A stretch of 64,000 nt of DNA from Candidatus Parcubacteria bacterium (GCA_025999335.1 AP024681.1:322565-386564), one strand, 5' to 3'. Shown: positions 46,851 to 58,594, numbered from the stretch's first letter. Made by a program: numbers and translations. Notes: generated from the letters alone by a model not told the origin.

Positions 46851-48245
46851 ATGCTTAACAAAAAAGCCATAATAAAAATTATCCCCAAACCTTTGCTTAA
46901 TTTATATCATTATTGTCTTGCTTTTTTCTTTGCGGCAAGATATAATTTTCCTTCGCGAAAAATTGTTACTATTGGCATTACCGGTACTAAAGGTAAAACA
47001 TCGGTGTCTTATTTAATCTATTATTTATTAACTAAATTAAATTTTAAGGTTGCTTTATCATCTTCAGATTTTTTATATATTGGCGAAGAACTGTTAGAAA
47101 AAAATAATCGTTTAACAATGCCGGGAAGAGGTTTTTTGCACTGGTTTTTAAAAAAAGCTGTTGACAATAATTGCGATATTGCTATTATTGAAGTTACTTC
47201 TGAAGGATTAATTCAACATAGGCATGCTTTTATTGATTTCGATATTGCTGTTTTTTTAGGTTTACACCCTGAACATATTGAACAGCATGGTTCTTACGAA
47301 GCTTATCGTAATGCAAAGGGTAAGCTATTTTATGCTTTGGAAAAAAGTTTTAGAAAATTACGTCGTGACAGTAAAAGACGTAAAAAATTAAAAGGCATAG
47401 ATGTTAAAAAAACAATTATTGTTAATTTAGATGATTTTGAAGCTGATTACTTTTTAAGTTTTAAAGCAGAACAAAAAATTACTTTTAGTTTGGAAACTCA
47501 GCAAAGTTTTTCAAAATTTCATCTAATGCCGACAAAATATAAAATTAACCAAAAAGGCATAGAGTTTATTTTAGAAGACAAAAAATTTGTGGCAAGTCAT
47601 TTATTTGGCAAAAGTAGCATATACAATGTTTTAGCTTCGTTTTCAGTCTTAAAAGCTTTAGATTTACCTTTAGCTGGTTTAGATGGTTATCTAAAAGATT
47701 TTCACAATATCCCTGGTCGTTTTGATATTATTCAAAGCAAGTCATTTAAAGTTATTATTGATTACGCTCATACGCCTCATTCTATAGAAGAACTTTATTC
47801 TACTATTTTAAAATTATTTAAACCAAAAAGACTTCTTTGTTTAATTGGTTCAGCCGGTGGTTTAAGGGATAAGTGGAAAAGGCCGGTTATTGGTGAAATT
47901 GCTGCTCGTTATTGCCATTATATAGTTATATCCAACGAAGATCCTTGCGATGAAGATCCTTTGACCATTATGGAGGCTATTGAATTAGGAGCAAAAAGAT
48001 ATTTAGCTGAATTTGGAGTAGAAAAACCTATAGAAATTATCCCTGATCGCAAAGAGGCGATCTATAAATTAGTTCAAACAGCAACTAAGGGTGATGTTAT
48101 AGTGACTATAGGCAAAGGGGCTGAGCCTTCGATAACTTTTAATGATCAAGAGATACCCTGGAATGAAAAAGAGGTTGTTCTTGAGGCAATTAAAAGCAAA
48201 ACCAAGTCCAAAGCTTACTCTAAAATTTCTACTAAAACATCGTAA
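46851..48245 (+). CDS. murE: Mur ligase, MurE-like (UDP-MurNAc-tripeptide synthetase)
   Basis: 464 aa. Carries GITGTKGKTS (P-loop), DYAHTPHS and GSAGGLRDKWKRP..ISNEDPCDEDP, matching the MurE pattern. The N-terminal domain is short. Confidence 0.75.
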   Translation: MLNKKAIIKIIPKPLLNLYHYCLAFFFAARYNFPSRKIVTIGITGTKGKTSVSYLIYYLLTKLNFKVALSSSDFLYIGEELLEKNNRLTMPGRGFLHWFLKKAVDNNCDIAIIEVTSEGLIQHRHAFIDFDIAVFLGLHPEHIEQHGSYEAYRNAKGKLFYALEKSFRKLRRDSKRRKKLKGIDVKKTIIVNLDDFEADYFLSFKAEQKITFSLETQQSFSKFHLMPTKYKINQKGIEFILEDKKFVASHLFGKSSIYNVLASFSVLKALDLPLAGLDGYLKDFHNIPGRFDIIQSKSFKVIIDYAHTPHSIEELYSTILKLFKPKRLLCLIGSAGGLRDKWKRPVIGEIAARYCHYIVISNEDPCDEDPLTIMEAIELGAKRYLAEFGVEKPIEIIPDRKEAIYKLVQTATKGDVIVTIGKGAEPSITFNDQEIPWNEKEVVLEAIKSKTKSKAYSKISTKTS

Positions 48246-48673
48246 TAAATACCAAAATTTAAAGCCTCTTCTTTGCTAGGAAACCAGATATCAATATGTT
48301 CATTGAATCTTTGGTTCATTTTATCTTCAATGATAAATATTTTATTACCAAAAACTCTGGGAATTCTTATTTTTGTTCCAAAAGGAAGGATATTTGAAGC
48401 TGCTATGCCATCTCTAACAGGCGTATTATAAGCTGTTATCCAAGGCGTATCGTCGGTTTCATCAAAACTTGAAGAATAGCCAGTTATATTTAAGAACATT
48501 ATTTTTTTAATTTTCGGCTCATTTTGGTTATGATTTGTTTTGATTTCATCTATATTTAAAAAAGCCCCTTGTTCAACTAAAGGGTTAATACTCGCTACTG
48601 ATGGCGAAAAGGCATTGGTAAATAAAGCCAAGGATAAAAGTGGCAATGATATTTTGATGAATATGTTTTTCAT
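48215..48673 (-). CDS. secreted 3D-domain (MltA/RlpA-like fold) cell-wall protein
   Basis: 152 aa with a signal peptide. The ..TGYSSSFDETDDTPWITAYNTPVRDGIAA..LPFGTKIRIP...F.IEDKMNQRF...IDIWF pattern matches 3D domains. Its 3' end overlaps murE by 31 nt (convergent). Confidence 0.55.
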   Translation of the reverse strand: MKNIFIKISLPLLSLALFTNAFSPSVASINPLVEQGAFLNIDEIKTNHNQNEPKIKKIMFLNITGYSSSFDETDDTPWITAYNTPVRDGIAASNILPFGTKIRIPRVFGNKIFIIEDKMNQRFNEHIDIWFPSKEEALNFGIYYDVLVEILE

Positions 48674-48883
48674 CGTAAGGTAATGCTTATAAATTATTAA
48701 TGATTAATTAATCTATTTTAAAAACCCCCAATAAGGGGGTTATTATAATATATATTATAAGATAAAAAATTTATTAAAGCAATTTTGGTTGTGGATAATT
48801 AAAGTCTTAAATACCTTGCAAAAAAAGGCTTTTTATATAGGTTTTTTAGGTATTTTTTAGCTTTTATGTTATAATCAAACATT

Positions 48884-49492
48884 ATGGAATTATTTTTAAT
48901 CATTTTTATCATTGTTTATTCAATTATTTTACATGAAATTGCCCACGGTTATGCTGCTTATCGTTTGGGAGATATGACTGCAAAATACGAAGGTAGATTA
49001 AGCCTTAATCCTTTGGTTCATATAGATATTTTTGGCACTATTTTACTGCCTATTTTAGGTTATATGTTTGGAGGAGTTATATTTGGCTGGGCAAAGCCTG
49101 TTCCTTATAATCCTTATAATTTAAACAATCCTCGTCGTGATTCTGTTGCTATTGCTTTAGTTGGACCTTTAACTAATTTAATTATTGCTTTATTATGTGT
49201 TTTTATGTATAAAATCCTCGCAGTGTTCAATTTTGATTCTTTTGCTGGTTTTGATTTTTTAAATTTATTAAAAGAAACTATAAAACTAAACATAGCTTTA
49301 GCAGTATTTAATTTTTTACCAATTCCACCTTTAGATGGCTCAAAGTTGCTTTTAACGAAATTATCTTTTGAAGATTACCATCAATTAGAATTATTAGGCT
49401 TTGTTTTATTGATATTTTTAGTTTTTTCTAGCTGGTTACCAGTGTTTGTAAATATAATAAGCAGTTTTGTATTTCGATTTTTCGGTATTTAG
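48884..49492 (+). CDS. site-2 protease (M50) family intramembrane metalloprotease
   Basis: 202 aa, multi-pass. Carries HEIAHGYAAY (HExxH) and FNFLPIPPLDGSKL (NxxPxxxLDG). Confidence 0.8.
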   Translation: MELFLIIFIIVYSIILHEIAHGYAAYRLGDMTAKYEGRLSLNPLVHIDIFGTILLPILGYMFGGVIFGWAKPVPYNPYNLNNPRRDSVAIALVGPLTNLIIALLCVFMYKILAVFNFDSFAGFDFLNLLKETIKLNIALAVFNFLPIPPLDGSKLLLTKLSFEDYHQLELLGFVLLIFLVFSSWLPVFVNIISSFVFRFFGI

Positions 49493-49495
49493 ATC

Positions 49496-51313
49496 TTAAA
49501 CATTTAACAAAGATCCTTTTGGTTCATTGATTAGTTTTTGAAACTGTTTTTTTTCTATTACTTCCTTCTTAATTAAAACTTTAGCTAATTTTTCAAGTTT
49601 ATCTTTTTTAATTTCTAAAATTTTTATGGCTCTTTCAAGGGCATTGTTTAAAATATTTTTAGTTTCATTATCTATTAATTCAGCCATTTTTTCAGAATAT
49701 TCTTTTTCGTAAAAGCTTTTGCCTATAAAACTTTGAGTTGAAGATGCTAGCGATATAGGTCCAATATTTTCTGACATACCAAAGCGAACAACCATTTGTT
49801 TAGCCATTTCTGTGGCTACCTCTAGGTCATTGCTTGCGCCAGTGGTGATATCATTAAAAACTAATTTTTCAGCAGCATAACCACCTAAAATTGAAGCCAG
49901 TTCGTCTAGAAATTCTTTCTTTGAATAAAAACTTTTTTCTTCTACAGGTAGTTTAAGAGTATAACCACCAGCCTTACCTCTGGAAACGATAGATATTTTT
50001 TGGACAGGGTGGCTATGAGGTAAGTAATGGGCTACAATCGCATGGCCACTTTCATGATAAGCAGCTATTTCTTTTTCTTTTTTAGAATAAACTTTTGTTT
50101 TTCTTTCGGGTCCTAATAAAACTTTTTCAATAGAATCTAATAATTCTTTTTGACTAATGCTGTCTTTATTGCGTCTCGCAGCTAAAATTGCCGCTTCGTT
50201 GCATAGGTTAGCTAAATCAGCTCCGGAAAAACCAGGAGTACGTTCGGCTACTTCTTTAATATTTGTTTTACCGATTTTTTTGTCTCTAAGGTGTATTTTT
50301 AAAATTTCTTCTCGAGCTTTAACATCGGGTAAATCTAAAACAATTTTTCGGTCAAACCTGCCTGGTCGCAATAAAGCGGGGTCTAAAACATCAGGTCTAT
50401 TTGTTGCGCCTAAAATTACAATTTTTGTGCCTTTTTCAAAGCCATCCATTTCAACTAAAATTTGATTTAAAGTTTGCTCACGTTCTTCATGTCCGCCGGT
50501 AATGCCAACGCTCCTTACTTTGCCTATGGCATCTAATTCGTCTATAAAAAGAATGCAGGGTTGATTTTTTTTAGCTATGGAAAAAGCATCACGGACTCTA
50601 CCTGCGCCAACGCCTACAAACATTTCAACAAATTCTGAACCTGATATATAAAAAAATGGTACATTAGCTTCTGAACTTACAGCTCGAGCTAAGAGTGTTT
50701 TACCGCTACCTGGAGGTCCAACAAGCAAAACTCCTTTAGGAATTTTAGCGCCGATACGAAAAAATTTTTGTGGATTTTTTAAAAATTCAACAATTTCCAT
50801 TAATTCTTCTTTAGCTTCTTCTAAGCCAGCTACATCTTTAAAAGTTACTTTATCAGGAGAGTTAGGATTATAAACCTTAATACCTGATTTACTAAAAGTA
50901 AATATTTGGCTTGTTCCTCTTTGAGCTTGTTTAAATATTTGCCAAAATATCCAGGCAATGATTAACAAAGGAACAATATTAAACAAAACAGCAAAAATAA
51001 TTTCTTTAAAATTAGTTGTTTTTTGTTCAATGTCTAAAGCAAAGATAGTGGTGGTATTAAGTCCATAGTCTTTAAAGATTTGGTAAACACTTTCCTTCGG
51101 ATCTTTGTTGGTAATATATATTTGATCTTTGCTTTCGCCAATAATTTGCGATTCGTCTCTAAGAATTATTCTAGTGATTTCGTTATTTTGTACTTTTTTA
51201 ATAAATTCAACTAAAGATATTTTTTGATTTTTATATGTTTCGTTAGCTCCTATAAAAATTAACAGAAAGAGCAATAACAAAGAAATAACTATGTATATAT
51301 TTTTATAGTTCAT
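49496..51313 (-). CDS. ftsH: ATP-dependent zinc metalloprotease FtsH
   Basis: 605 aa. Walker [12 protein letters not shown], Walker [10 protein letters not shown], an SRH region, the zinc site HESGHAIV, and an N-terminal TM pair. Confidence 0.95.
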   Translation of the reverse strand: MNYKNIYIVISLLLLFLLIFIGANETYKNQKISLVEFIKKVQNNEITRIILRDESQIIGESKDQIYITNKDPKESVYQIFKDYGLNTTTIFALDIEQKTTNFKEIIFAVLFNIVPLLIIAWIFWQIFKQAQRGTSQIFTFSKSGIKVYNPNSPDKVTFKDVAGLEEAKEELMEIVEFLKNPQKFFRIGAKIPKGVLLVGPPGSGKTLLARAVSSEANVPFFYISGSEFVEMFVGVGAGRVRDAFSIAKKNQPCILFIDELDAIGKVRSVGITGGHEEREQTLNQILVEMDGFEKGTKIVILGATNRPDVLDPALLRPGRFDRKIVLDLPDVKAREEILKIHLRDKKIGKTNIKEVAERTPGFSGADLANLCNEAAILAARRNKDSISQKELLDSIEKVLLGPERKTKVYSKKEKEIAAYHESGHAIVAHYLPHSHPVQKISIVSRGKAGGYTLKLPVEEKSFYSKKEFLDELASILGGYAAEKLVFNDITTGASNDLEVATEMAKQMVVRFGMSENIGPISLASSTQSFIGKSFYEKEYSEKMAELIDNETKNILNNALERAIKILEIKKDKLEKLAKVLIKKEVIEKKQFQKLINEPKGSLLNV

Positions 51314-52355
51314 TAGCCAGTTTAAGAATTAAGCTTTTGTCTTCGTTTTTTAATTTTTCAATAATAAAGTCGTAAGTTTTATCTACTTCTAATTTATTTA
51401 GATTTTCGAAAATCAAACCTTTAGCGCCGTTGACTTCAACAACGCCGAAAATATCATTTTTAGATTTAACAACGCCGCTCACTTTATCGCCTTCTTTATA
51501 TTTTTTAAGAATTTGCACCCAAGGATCAATAGTTAAGTTTTTTAAGCTAAAATTTGCTCTATTATTTTTTATTTGAATAAGCTTCGCTTCTATTTCCATA
51601 CCTATTTTAAAATTTTTTTCAAGGTTTGCCAATTGTTCTTCAGGAATTTCTGAAGCATGAATTAATCCGTCCATTGCCGGATTATCGTTAAATCTTACGA
51701 AAAGTCCAAAGTTGCTAATACTAACAATTCTAACTTTCATAATGTCGCCAATAATCATTTTTTTGAAAACTTCTTGATAAAGTTCTTCTTTAGCTGCTTT
51801 TTCTGACAAGATTAACTTGTTTTGTTTTAACTCTGCAGAAACAATGCGACATTTTATTTTTTGGCCTATGAATTTTTTTAAATGTTCAAGAATAGCATTT
51901 TTATCATTTTTTTCATTAATACGTGGATAGTATTCAGGTGACATTTGCGATAAGGGAATAAAGCATGGCATACCTTCAACTTCACCTAACCATCCTCCTC
52001 GATTTGCATCTTTAATTTCAATCTCCAATAAATCGTTTTTTTGGTAGTGAGTTAAAATTTTTTGCCATTTGTCAATGTTAGAAATTTCCTGGAGGATAAC
52101 CTCGTAATTTCCGTAATCATCGCTTAAACCTATGATTTTTACCCCGACTTTATCACCAACTTTCAATTGTTGAGCTAAATTTTTGCATTGCAAATAATAT
52201 ATACCGTATAAGCGTCCTGTGCCATAAGGACTTAAATCAATTATTATCTCATTACGTTTTTTACTCATCACTGTTCCTTGAAGAATAGAATCAATTTCTA
52301 AAGGCTTCGCTAGCTTTAATTTAATATTGTTATTAGCTTGTTTAACTTCAGTCAT
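51303..52355 (-). CDS. rpsA: S1 RNA-binding domain protein (ribosomal protein S1-like, four S1 repeats)
   Basis: 350 aa with repeated S1-fold patterns (G.V....G..V.L.....G..H.S). Overlaps ftsH by 11 nt. Confidence 0.7.
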   Translation of the reverse strand: MTEVKQANNNIKLKLAKPLEIDSILQGTVMSKKRNEIIIDLSPYGTGRLYGIYYLQCKNLAQQLKVGDKVGVKIIGLSDDYGNYEVILQEISNIDKWQKILTHYQKNDLLEIEIKDANRGGWLGEVEGMPCFIPLSQMSPEYYPRINEKNDKNAILEHLKKFIGQKIKCRIVSAELKQNKLILSEKAAKEELYQEVFKKMIIGDIMKVRIVSISNFGLFVRFNDNPAMDGLIHASEIPEEQLANLEKNFKIGMEIEAKLIQIKNNRANFSLKNLTIDPWVQILKKYKEGDKVSGVVKSKNDIFGVVEVNGAKGLIFENLNKLEVDKTYDFIIEKLKNEDKSLILKLANEL

Positions 52356-52573
52356 TGTTTTGTTTTAATAATTTAATTCAAATTTAAATTGAATAATAAA
52401 TAACGATTTTATTATTATATCATAAAATTTAAACAACAAATTTAAATTATAATTAATTTCAAGTTTTATTCTCTAAAAACTTGATATTAATTTTCAATTG
52501 ATATATATTATAATAAAATATTATAAAAAAGCTTTATAATTATATTTTAATTAAATATTTTTAAAGTTCAACT

Positions 52574-53071
52574 ATGGAAATTAAAAGTCATAAAAACTTC
52601 GCGGAAATTAATGTTGGAGCCATTAGTTTTTTTTGTGATCCTTCGGATGATTTTTTGGCCGAAGTTGATAATAAAAATGTGATTTTATTGTCAAATCCGT
52701 CTTTAGATTTAAATTATAACCGCATCTTTAATGCGGCTGGCGAATATAATGTTGATGATGTGTATTTTTGGGGCTTTAATAATAAAAAAAATATTGCTTA
52801 TTTATTAGAATATAAAAAAAATTTTCTTTTTTATTGCAATGGCGGCGTTGCGCAAGAAACAATTAAGCATATTAAGGCGTTTTATAAGAATATAGATGTT
52901 TTACTTTTAGGCAAAGACAATACTGATAAGGAGATTATTGCTGCCTTAAAGCCGAAAATTATTTTTTCTTTTAGGAATATTGAGGTTAATAAATTTACAA
53001 AAGAAAAAATATCTAAAGTTAAATTAAATTTTAAAAAGGTCGAAAATGTTTTATATATTTTTTCATCATGA
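52574..53071 (+). CDS. hypothetical protein
   Basis: 165-aa ORF with ATG start and an ATGA overlap with the next gene. No family recognised. Confidence 0.55.
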   Translation: MEIKSHKNFAEINVGAISFFCDPSDDFLAEVDNKNVILLSNPSLDLNYNRIFNAAGEYNVDDVYFWGFNNKKNIAYLLEYKKNFLFYCNGGVAQETIKHIKAFYKNIDVLLLGKDNTDKEIIAALKPKIIFSFRNIEVNKFTKEKISKVKLNFKKVENVLYIFSS

Positions 53072-53268
53072 AAAAACTTAATCCTCATTTTTTAGCCCTT
53101 ATGGTTGTCGTAGGATTATATTTATTATGGTGGTTAAGTGGTGGTAATTTTTTAGGAGTTGTTCAACGTCCTTCGCCATTAACAGTAGGCACAGCTTTTA
53201 TTGCTAATAATCTTAAATTAGGCGCGATTACTGTCTTCGAATCTTTTTATAAAGTAATTAATAAATAA
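53068..53268 (+). CDS. small membrane protein
   Basis: 66 aa with one hydrophobic helix. Translationally coupled through an ATGA overlap. Confidence 0.45.
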   Translation: MKKLNPHFLALMVVVGLYLLWWLSGGNFLGVVQRPSPLTVGTAFIANNLKLGAITVFESFYKVINK

Positions 53269-53280
53269 TTTATTATCTTA

Positions 53281-55596
53281 ATGAAAGAAAAAATTTTCTC
53301 TCAAGATCTTACCGAAGAATTAAGGCAAGCTTATTTAGATTATGCGATGAGCGTGATTGTTTCTCGAGCTTTGCCTGATGCTCGTGATGGTTTAAAGCCT
53401 GTGCAACGGCGTATTTTGTATACAATGAAAGAATTAAGTCTTTGGCCCAATGATAAATTTACCAAATGTGCTAATATCGTTGGTAATACCATAGCTCGTT
53501 ATCACCCTCATGGCGATCAGGCTGTTTACGATGCTTTAGTAAGGATGGCTCAAGGTTTCTCTTTGCGCTATCCTTTAATTATTGGTCAGGGAAATTTTGG
53601 TTCGATTGATGGCGATCCGCCAGCTGCTTATCGTTATACTGAAGCTAAATTGTCGTCTTTTTCTGTAGAAATGTTGTCTGACATTGATAAAGAAACAGTT
53701 GACTTTCGACCTAATTATGACAATACTAAAGAGGAACCTGTAGTACTGCCATCACGATTTCCTAATTTAATTGTTAATGGTTCTTTAGGCATAGCCGTTG
53801 GTATGGCAACAAGCATTCCGCCTCATAATTTAACAGAAGTAATGAAGGCGGTAAAATTTTTATTGCAAAACAATCTTAAAGCAGACATTGACGAACTTTT
53901 AACAATTATTCAAGGACCAGATTTTCCTACCGGTGGTTTAATTTACGGCGTAGGCGGTTTAAAGAATTCTTATTTAGAGGGCAAGGGTAGTATTATTTTA
54001 AGAGGCGAGGTTATAACTGAACAAGCTAAAAAAACAAGGTTAGTAATTATCTCTTTGCCATGGCAAGTGAACAAATCCGAACTTGTTAAAGAAATAGCTA
54101 ATTTAGCTTTAGAGAAAGTTATACCGGAAATAAAAGATGTTCGTGACGAATCAAATAAAGATGGCGTAAGAATTGTTATTGACATTAAAGATGGCGATCT
54201 TGATAAAATTAAAGCTAATTTATATCGTTTGACTTCTTTGCAAAAAACTTTTTATTTAAATTTAATTGCTCTTGATCAAGGCTTGCAACCAAAAATTTTT
54301 AATTTAAAAGAATTGTTGTTGGCGTGGATTTATCATCGTCAGGATGTCATTCGTCGACGCACAAAGTTTGACTTAGACAAAAATAAAGAGCGCGTTCATT
54401 TGCTTGAAGGCTTTGATAAAGCTTTAGAAGATTTAGATAAAGTGATTAATATTATTAAAAAATCTAAAGATAAAAACGACGCTCTTATTAATTTGAAGAA
54501 GAAATTTTCTTTAAGCGATAAGCAAGCCGATGCTATTTTAGAAATGCCTTTACGTACTTTAACTCAGCTTGAGAGGCATAAAATTTTACAAGAATTAAAA
54601 GAACGTCTTTCGCTTATAAAAGAACTGGAAACTATTTTAAAAAACCCTAAAAAAATCGATGAATTAATTATTAAAGAAGCCGATGAGATTATAAAAAAAT
54701 ATCCTTCGCCACGCTTAACCAAGATTGTTCATTCCCAAGATCTTGAAATTAGCAAAGAGCAAAAAATACCCTTAGAAAAAGTATGGTTAATCATTGATAA
54801 TAAACATTTTGTTTCTTTAGCGCCAATTGATAAATTAAGCATTGATAAATTATTTAAAAAAGAACCAATTAAGTTCTTGTCAATTGTTAATACAACTGAT
54901 AAGCTATTAGCCATTAGCAAGAAAGGCAGAGTATATACTCTTAATCTTAGCAATTTCTATTTTAGCGGCAAATATCTTGAATCACAAATTAATTTAGACA
55001 AAGACGATGCTATTGTTTCTGTTTTGCCAAATCCTGATCAGGCTAAATATTTATTATTGATTACCCATAATGGTTTTGGTAAAAAGGTTGCTTTAAAGGA
55101 TATTCTTAGTAATAGACGTAACGGCGTACAAGCCATTAAGATGAAAAATGATTTTTTGGTTGATGGTGTTTTTGTTCAAGATTCAAATATTGTTGGTTTG
55201 ATTAATAACAAAGGCAATATTTTATTGCTAAAATGTACCTTACCGGTTCAAGGTAAAAGCGCTAAGGGATTAAAAATGATGCGTGATGGCGGTATAGAAA
55301 AAGTTTTTCTTTATCAAAGCGATATCTTATTATTAATATTTGAAAAAGGCTTCTATAAAAAGATAAACTTAAAGGAAATTAAGATTCAAAATCGAGGCAC
55401 TAAAGGTGTTAAGTTATTTGATAATAAATATGGCAGATTATTGTTAGCGCAGACATTAAGTGATAATAAGGAAATTATTATTTTTGGCGATCAACTAAAG
55501 AGAATTTCTCTTAATAGTTTAAGTCTTAGCAAGCGCATTAGTTCACCTAAACAGCTTGATAAGATTGAATTGATTAATTCTTGCTTGCTTTTATAG
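53281..55596 (+). CDS. gyrA: DNA gyrase subunit A
   Basis: 771 aa. Carries [33 protein letters not shown], the catalytic-Tyr region AYRYTEAKL, and a C-terminal beta-pinwheel region. Confidence 0.93.
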   Translation: MKEKIFSQDLTEELRQAYLDYAMSVIVSRALPDARDGLKPVQRRILYTMKELSLWPNDKFTKCANIVGNTIARYHPHGDQAVYDALVRMAQGFSLRYPLIIGQGNFGSIDGDPPAAYRYTEAKLSSFSVEMLSDIDKETVDFRPNYDNTKEEPVVLPSRFPNLIVNGSLGIAVGMATSIPPHNLTEVMKAVKFLLQNNLKADIDELLTIIQGPDFPTGGLIYGVGGLKNSYLEGKGSIILRGEVITEQAKKTRLVIISLPWQVNKSELVKEIANLALEKVIPEIKDVRDESNKDGVRIVIDIKDGDLDKIKANLYRLTSLQKTFYLNLIALDQGLQPKIFNLKELLLAWIYHRQDVIRRRTKFDLDKNKERVHLLEGFDKALEDLDKVINIIKKSKDKNDALINLKKKFSLSDKQADAILEMPLRTLTQLERHKILQELKERLSLIKELETILKNPKKIDELIIKEADEIIKKYPSPRLTKIVHSQDLEISKEQKIPLEKVWLIIDNKHFVSLAPIDKLSIDKLFKKEPIKFLSIVNTTDKLLAISKKGRVYTLNLSNFYFSGKYLESQINLDKDDAIVSVLPNPDQAKYLLLITHNGFGKKVALKDILSNRRNGVQAIKMKNDFLVDGVFVQDSNIVGLINNKGNILLLKCTLPVQGKSAKGLKMMRDGGIEKVFLYQSDILLLIFEKGFYKKINLKEIKIQNRGTKGVKLFDNKYGRLLLAQTLSDNKEIIIFGDQLKRISLNSLSLSKRISSPKQLDKIELINSCLLL

Positions 55597-55626
55597 AGAA
55601 TAAGAATTTTTTATTTGACTATATCA

Positions 55627-56148
55627 ATGTTTTTAAAACCTCAAAATATTTTAAACGAGTTAAGAAATAATAAAATTATCACGCCTTCAATGAAAGGAGC
55701 TGATTTTGGTTGTGGTTCTGGTTATTTTACAGCTTTATTAGCTAATGAAGTTGGACAAAACGGTTTAATTTATGCCATTGATATTCAAGAAGATGTTCTT
55801 AAGGAAGCGCAAGAATTTCTTAAGAATTTAAATATTAATAATGTTCGTTTTATTTTAGCTGATCTTGAAGAAAATTCTCAGTTAGAGTCGGAAACTTTAG
55901 ATTTTGTTTTTATTTCGCAATTATTATTTCAAGTTGAAAATGTTGAGAGAATTTTTTTTGAAGCAAAAAGAGTTTTGAAAAAAAATGGTTATCTAATTAT
56001 TGTTGAGCCTTTAAGAGATAATTATTTATTTCGAGAATATAAAGTTTTATCTGAAAATAATATCGAATCTTATCTTAATGAAAATGGATTTAAAATAATA
56101 TTAATGAAAAAGTTTAGCGGTTATTTTTTATCAGTTAGCCAAAAATGA
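55627..56148 (+). CDS. class I SAM-dependent methyltransferase
   Basis: Motif I is GADFGCGSGYF, followed by acidic-loop and post-I motifs. The ATG at 55627 is preferred to the TTG at 55615. Confidence 0.8.
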   Translation: MFLKPQNILNELRNNKIITPSMKGADFGCGSGYFTALLANEVGQNGLIYAIDIQEDVLKEAQEFLKNLNINNVRFILADLEENSQLESETLDFVFISQLLFQVENVERIFFEAKRVLKKNGYLIIVEPLRDNYLFREYKVLSENNIESYLNENGFKIILMKKFSGYFLSVSQK

Positions 56149-57305
56149 ATCTCAATTCTTTAGCTGATAAAATTAGAGATTGGGATAGCATCACTAAGTT
56201 AAAAATTCTCTTTTTCTTGATTGTTTTAGCGCTTATAGGTTTTTTTGTTATTAAAAATGTTTTTTTTGGTCAACAGAAAAGCAATTTACCTTGTTTTCGA
56301 GCTACAATTCGTATTTGGAGTCCTTTTAATAATAATGATTTGCTGGCAGTTTTAAATCCATTACACTCATATTGCATATCGTTTGTTTTTGAAAATAAAA
56401 CTTTAGACGATATAGATATGGATTTTATTGATAGTTTATTGAATAATAAATATCCTCATATTGTTTACTTGGATGATAATTTATTAAATAAATATCAAGA
56501 ACATTTAGTATCTGAACCAATTCTTTTTAATGTAGATACTTTAATTTCTTATTACAATAAAGATTATCTAAATTTTTTAGGTTTGCCAAAACTAAAAACT
56601 ATTGATGACATTCCGACTTTTGTTTCCCAAGCAAAAGCATCGTTAAAAAAAGATGTTTATCCTGTTGGCTTAGGTAGCGTAGAAATTCGCAATTATAAAG
56701 AAATAATTTTTTCTATTTTTAGTGGTTATATGCGAATATCTAATAACTTTAAACCGCAGGAAACCTTTAAAAAAACAATGGATTTTTATACCTCTTTTTC
56801 TGATCCAACATCGCCAAATTTCAGTTATCCTTTAGATAGTGGTAGCGATATTCAAAATTTTGCTGCTGAAAAATTAGTAGTTTATTTCGGTTTTTATCAA
56901 GATAAAAATGAGATTAATAAATTTAATCCCCGGCTTAATTATGAAATATATTATTTCCCAAATGTTTTACCGCCTAAAATAATTTTATCTTCTAAAAGAT
57001 ATTATTGGGCTATTGTTAAAAGAGATAACATCAATCTTTCTAAAGATGTTCTTAATTTCTTTATAAAAAAAAATCCTGATTCGTTAGATTCTTTTATCAA
57101 AAAATATGATTTGGTGTCGGAATGGGAACGCCAACCATCTCAAGATAAACAAATAGTTTTGGAATCTTTTAAAAATTATGGCACAAACATTGATTATAAA
57201 ACTAAATTATCGATATTAAGATATATTAGTGATTATTTAAATAATATCGATAATCCTGTTGAAGCAAATAAAATATTAAATTTTGTTAATTCAATTAGAT
57301 TTTAA
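56145..57305 (+). CDS. hypothetical membrane-anchored extracytoplasmic protein
   Basis: 386 aa with one N-terminal TM helix and a large soluble domain. Its size and pattern could fit a solute-binding-protein-like fold. It directly precedes the pilin-like array. Confidence 0.55.
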   Translation: MNLNSLADKIRDWDSITKLKILFFLIVLALIGFFVIKNVFFGQQKSNLPCFRATIRIWSPFNNNDLLAVLNPLHSYCISFVFENKTLDDIDMDFIDSLLNNKYPHIVYLDDNLLNKYQEHLVSEPILFNVDTLISYYNKDYLNFLGLPKLKTIDDIPTFVSQAKASLKKDVYPVGLGSVEIRNYKEIIFSIFSGYMRISNNFKPQETFKKTMDFYTSFSDPTSPNFSYPLDSGSDIQNFAAEKLVVYFGFYQDKNEINKFNPRLNYEIYYFPNVLPPKIILSSKRYYWAIVKRDNINLSKDVLNFFIKKNPDSLDSFIKKYDLVSEWERQPSQDKQIVLESFKNYGTNIDYKTKLSILRYISDYLNNIDNPVEANKILNFVNSIRF

Positions 57306-57311
57306 ATATTT

Positions 57312-57746
57312 ATGCAGCAAAATTATTTACAACAATTTTTATTTATAATAATGATTTTAATTATATTTTCGCCTATATTTATTAAAGCAGCAAGAGTTGA
57401 TTTAGCAAGCATTGTTGTTTGTTCAGCAACCCCTTGTACTTGGGGAGATTTTATAGCTACTTTGCAAAATGTTATAAAAGCAATTGTCGAAATATCTTTT
57501 TATTTAACTGTTTTATTTAGCGTTATTGGTTCTTTTATGATTATGTTTCACGGACCAAGGCCTGATTTTTATCAGAAAGGTAAAAGTTTTATTCAAATTT
57601 CGATTACTGGCTATATTATTTTATTATTTTCAGCATTGATTTTTGATACTATATTAGGCATTTTACAACCTCAATTTGTTAGTCAATATTTTTTTAAAAT
57701 TATAGAGATAACAAAAATTTTAAGTCTTAATAATTATTTTAATTAA
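57312..57746 (+). CDS. VirB2/TrbC-topology pilin-like small membrane protein 1
   Basis: 144 aa. It has a signal-peptide-like N-terminus and a Cys pair (CSATPC). Helix 1, a basic loop (HGPRPDFYQKGKSF) and helix 2 follow. Confidence 0.6.
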   Translation: MQQNYLQQFLFIIMILIIFSPIFIKAARVDLASIVVCSATPCTWGDFIATLQNVIKAIVEISFYLTVLFSVIGSFMIMFHGPRPDFYQKGKSFIQISITGYIILLFSALIFDTILGILQPQFVSQYFFKIIEITKILSLNNYFN

Positions 57747-57748
57747 TT

Positions 57749-58162
57749 ATGAAATATTTTTATTTTTTATTAATAAGTATGCTATTTGTTTTTAATTTTA
57801 CGCCTAATTCATTTATGATTCAAGCTCAAAGTGCTGCTTCTTATTCGCCGGTGATCTATTATAATTCTTTAAAATCAGCTATTTTAGGTTCTTTAAGATG
57901 CGGACAAGTTCCGACGCCAACATCAGCTTGGACGCAGTTAAAACAATGTTTACTTGATGCTGTGTCGTCTTTAAGAGGTATATCCTTGCTGTTTTTAGCT
58001 TTAGCAATTATTGGATCAGGTATTTACTTATTAACAACGCCATTGTTTGGTCTTAAAAATATAGCTTTGGCTTATAAAATTTTAACTTGGTCAATTATTG
58101 GCTTTATTATTATTTTAACCGCTGATATTATTGTTGGACAGTTAGACCTTCTTTTAAGATAA
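57749..58162 (+). CDS. VirB2/TrbC-topology pilin-like small membrane protein 2
   Basis: 137 aa with a signal peptide (..MIQAQS), a Cys pair (RCGQ...KQC) and a two-helix hairpin. Confidence 0.6.
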   Translation: MKYFYFLLISMLFVFNFTPNSFMIQAQSAASYSPVIYYNSLKSAILGSLRCGQVPTPTSAWTQLKQCLLDAVSSLRGISLLFLALAIIGSGIYLLTTPLFGLKNIALAYKILTWSIIGFIIILTADIIVGQLDLLLR

Positions 58163-58165
58163 AAA

Positions 58166-58594
58166 ATGTTAGTTCGTAAAAAATTTTTATTTATTTATCT
58201 AATATTTATACTTATTATTCCAATATATAATTTTTATGTACTTTCAGGAAGCGATGAAACTGCAAAAGTAGAAATTAGTTTTGTTACTTACACAGCTGCT
58301 GTTTGTCCGCCTTCTATTTTGGGTATACCTAGTTCGCGAGCTTCTTGCACTTTTCCTTCAATTGTTGATATTATTGCTACTACTTCTAATTTTATTATTT
58401 CTGAGTTAGCTCCTTTAACTTTAGTTATTTTAATTATAATAGGCGGATTTTTATATATTTTAATGGTATTTCAACCATCTTTTCTTGAATTAGGGCATAA
58501 GTATATTCAATGGGGAATTTATGGCTATGTTATTTTACTTTTGATTTTTTCAATCTTAGTATTTATTCAAACCACTTTTACACCATCGCCATAA
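58166..58594 (+). CDS. VirB2/TrbC-topology pilin-like small membrane protein 3
   Basis: 142 aa with a signal anchor, a Cys pair (VCPPS...SCTF) and a two-helix hairpin. Confidence 0.6.
   Translation: MLVRKKFLFIYLIFILIIPIYNFYVLSGSDETAKVEISFVTYTAAVCPPSILGIPSSRASCTFPSIVDIIATTSNFIISELAPLTLVILIIIGGFLYILMVFQPSFLELGHKYIQWGIYGYVILLLIFSILVFIQTTFTPSP

Noticed and set aside
48723-48741. GC hairpin AACCCCC-AATAA-GGGGGTT upstream of the 3D-domain gene
   Set aside because: It has no adequate T-run on either strand and no gene ends there. It is too short to call a riboswitch, and I see no c-di-AMP/ydaO-type conserved motifs.
48790-48798. Perfect DnaA box (TGTGGATAA, the reverse complement of TTATCCACA) upstream of the S2P protease gene
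   Set aside because: A single 9-mer match on either strand is roughly expected by chance in 64 kb. There is no cluster of boxes and no adjacent unwinding element.
52459-52484. 9-bp A/T-rich hairpin (TCAAGTTTT/AAAACTTGA) in the 218-nt divergent spacer
   Set aside because: It is a low-stability A/T stem in an extremely AT-rich region. Such palindromes are expected by chance.
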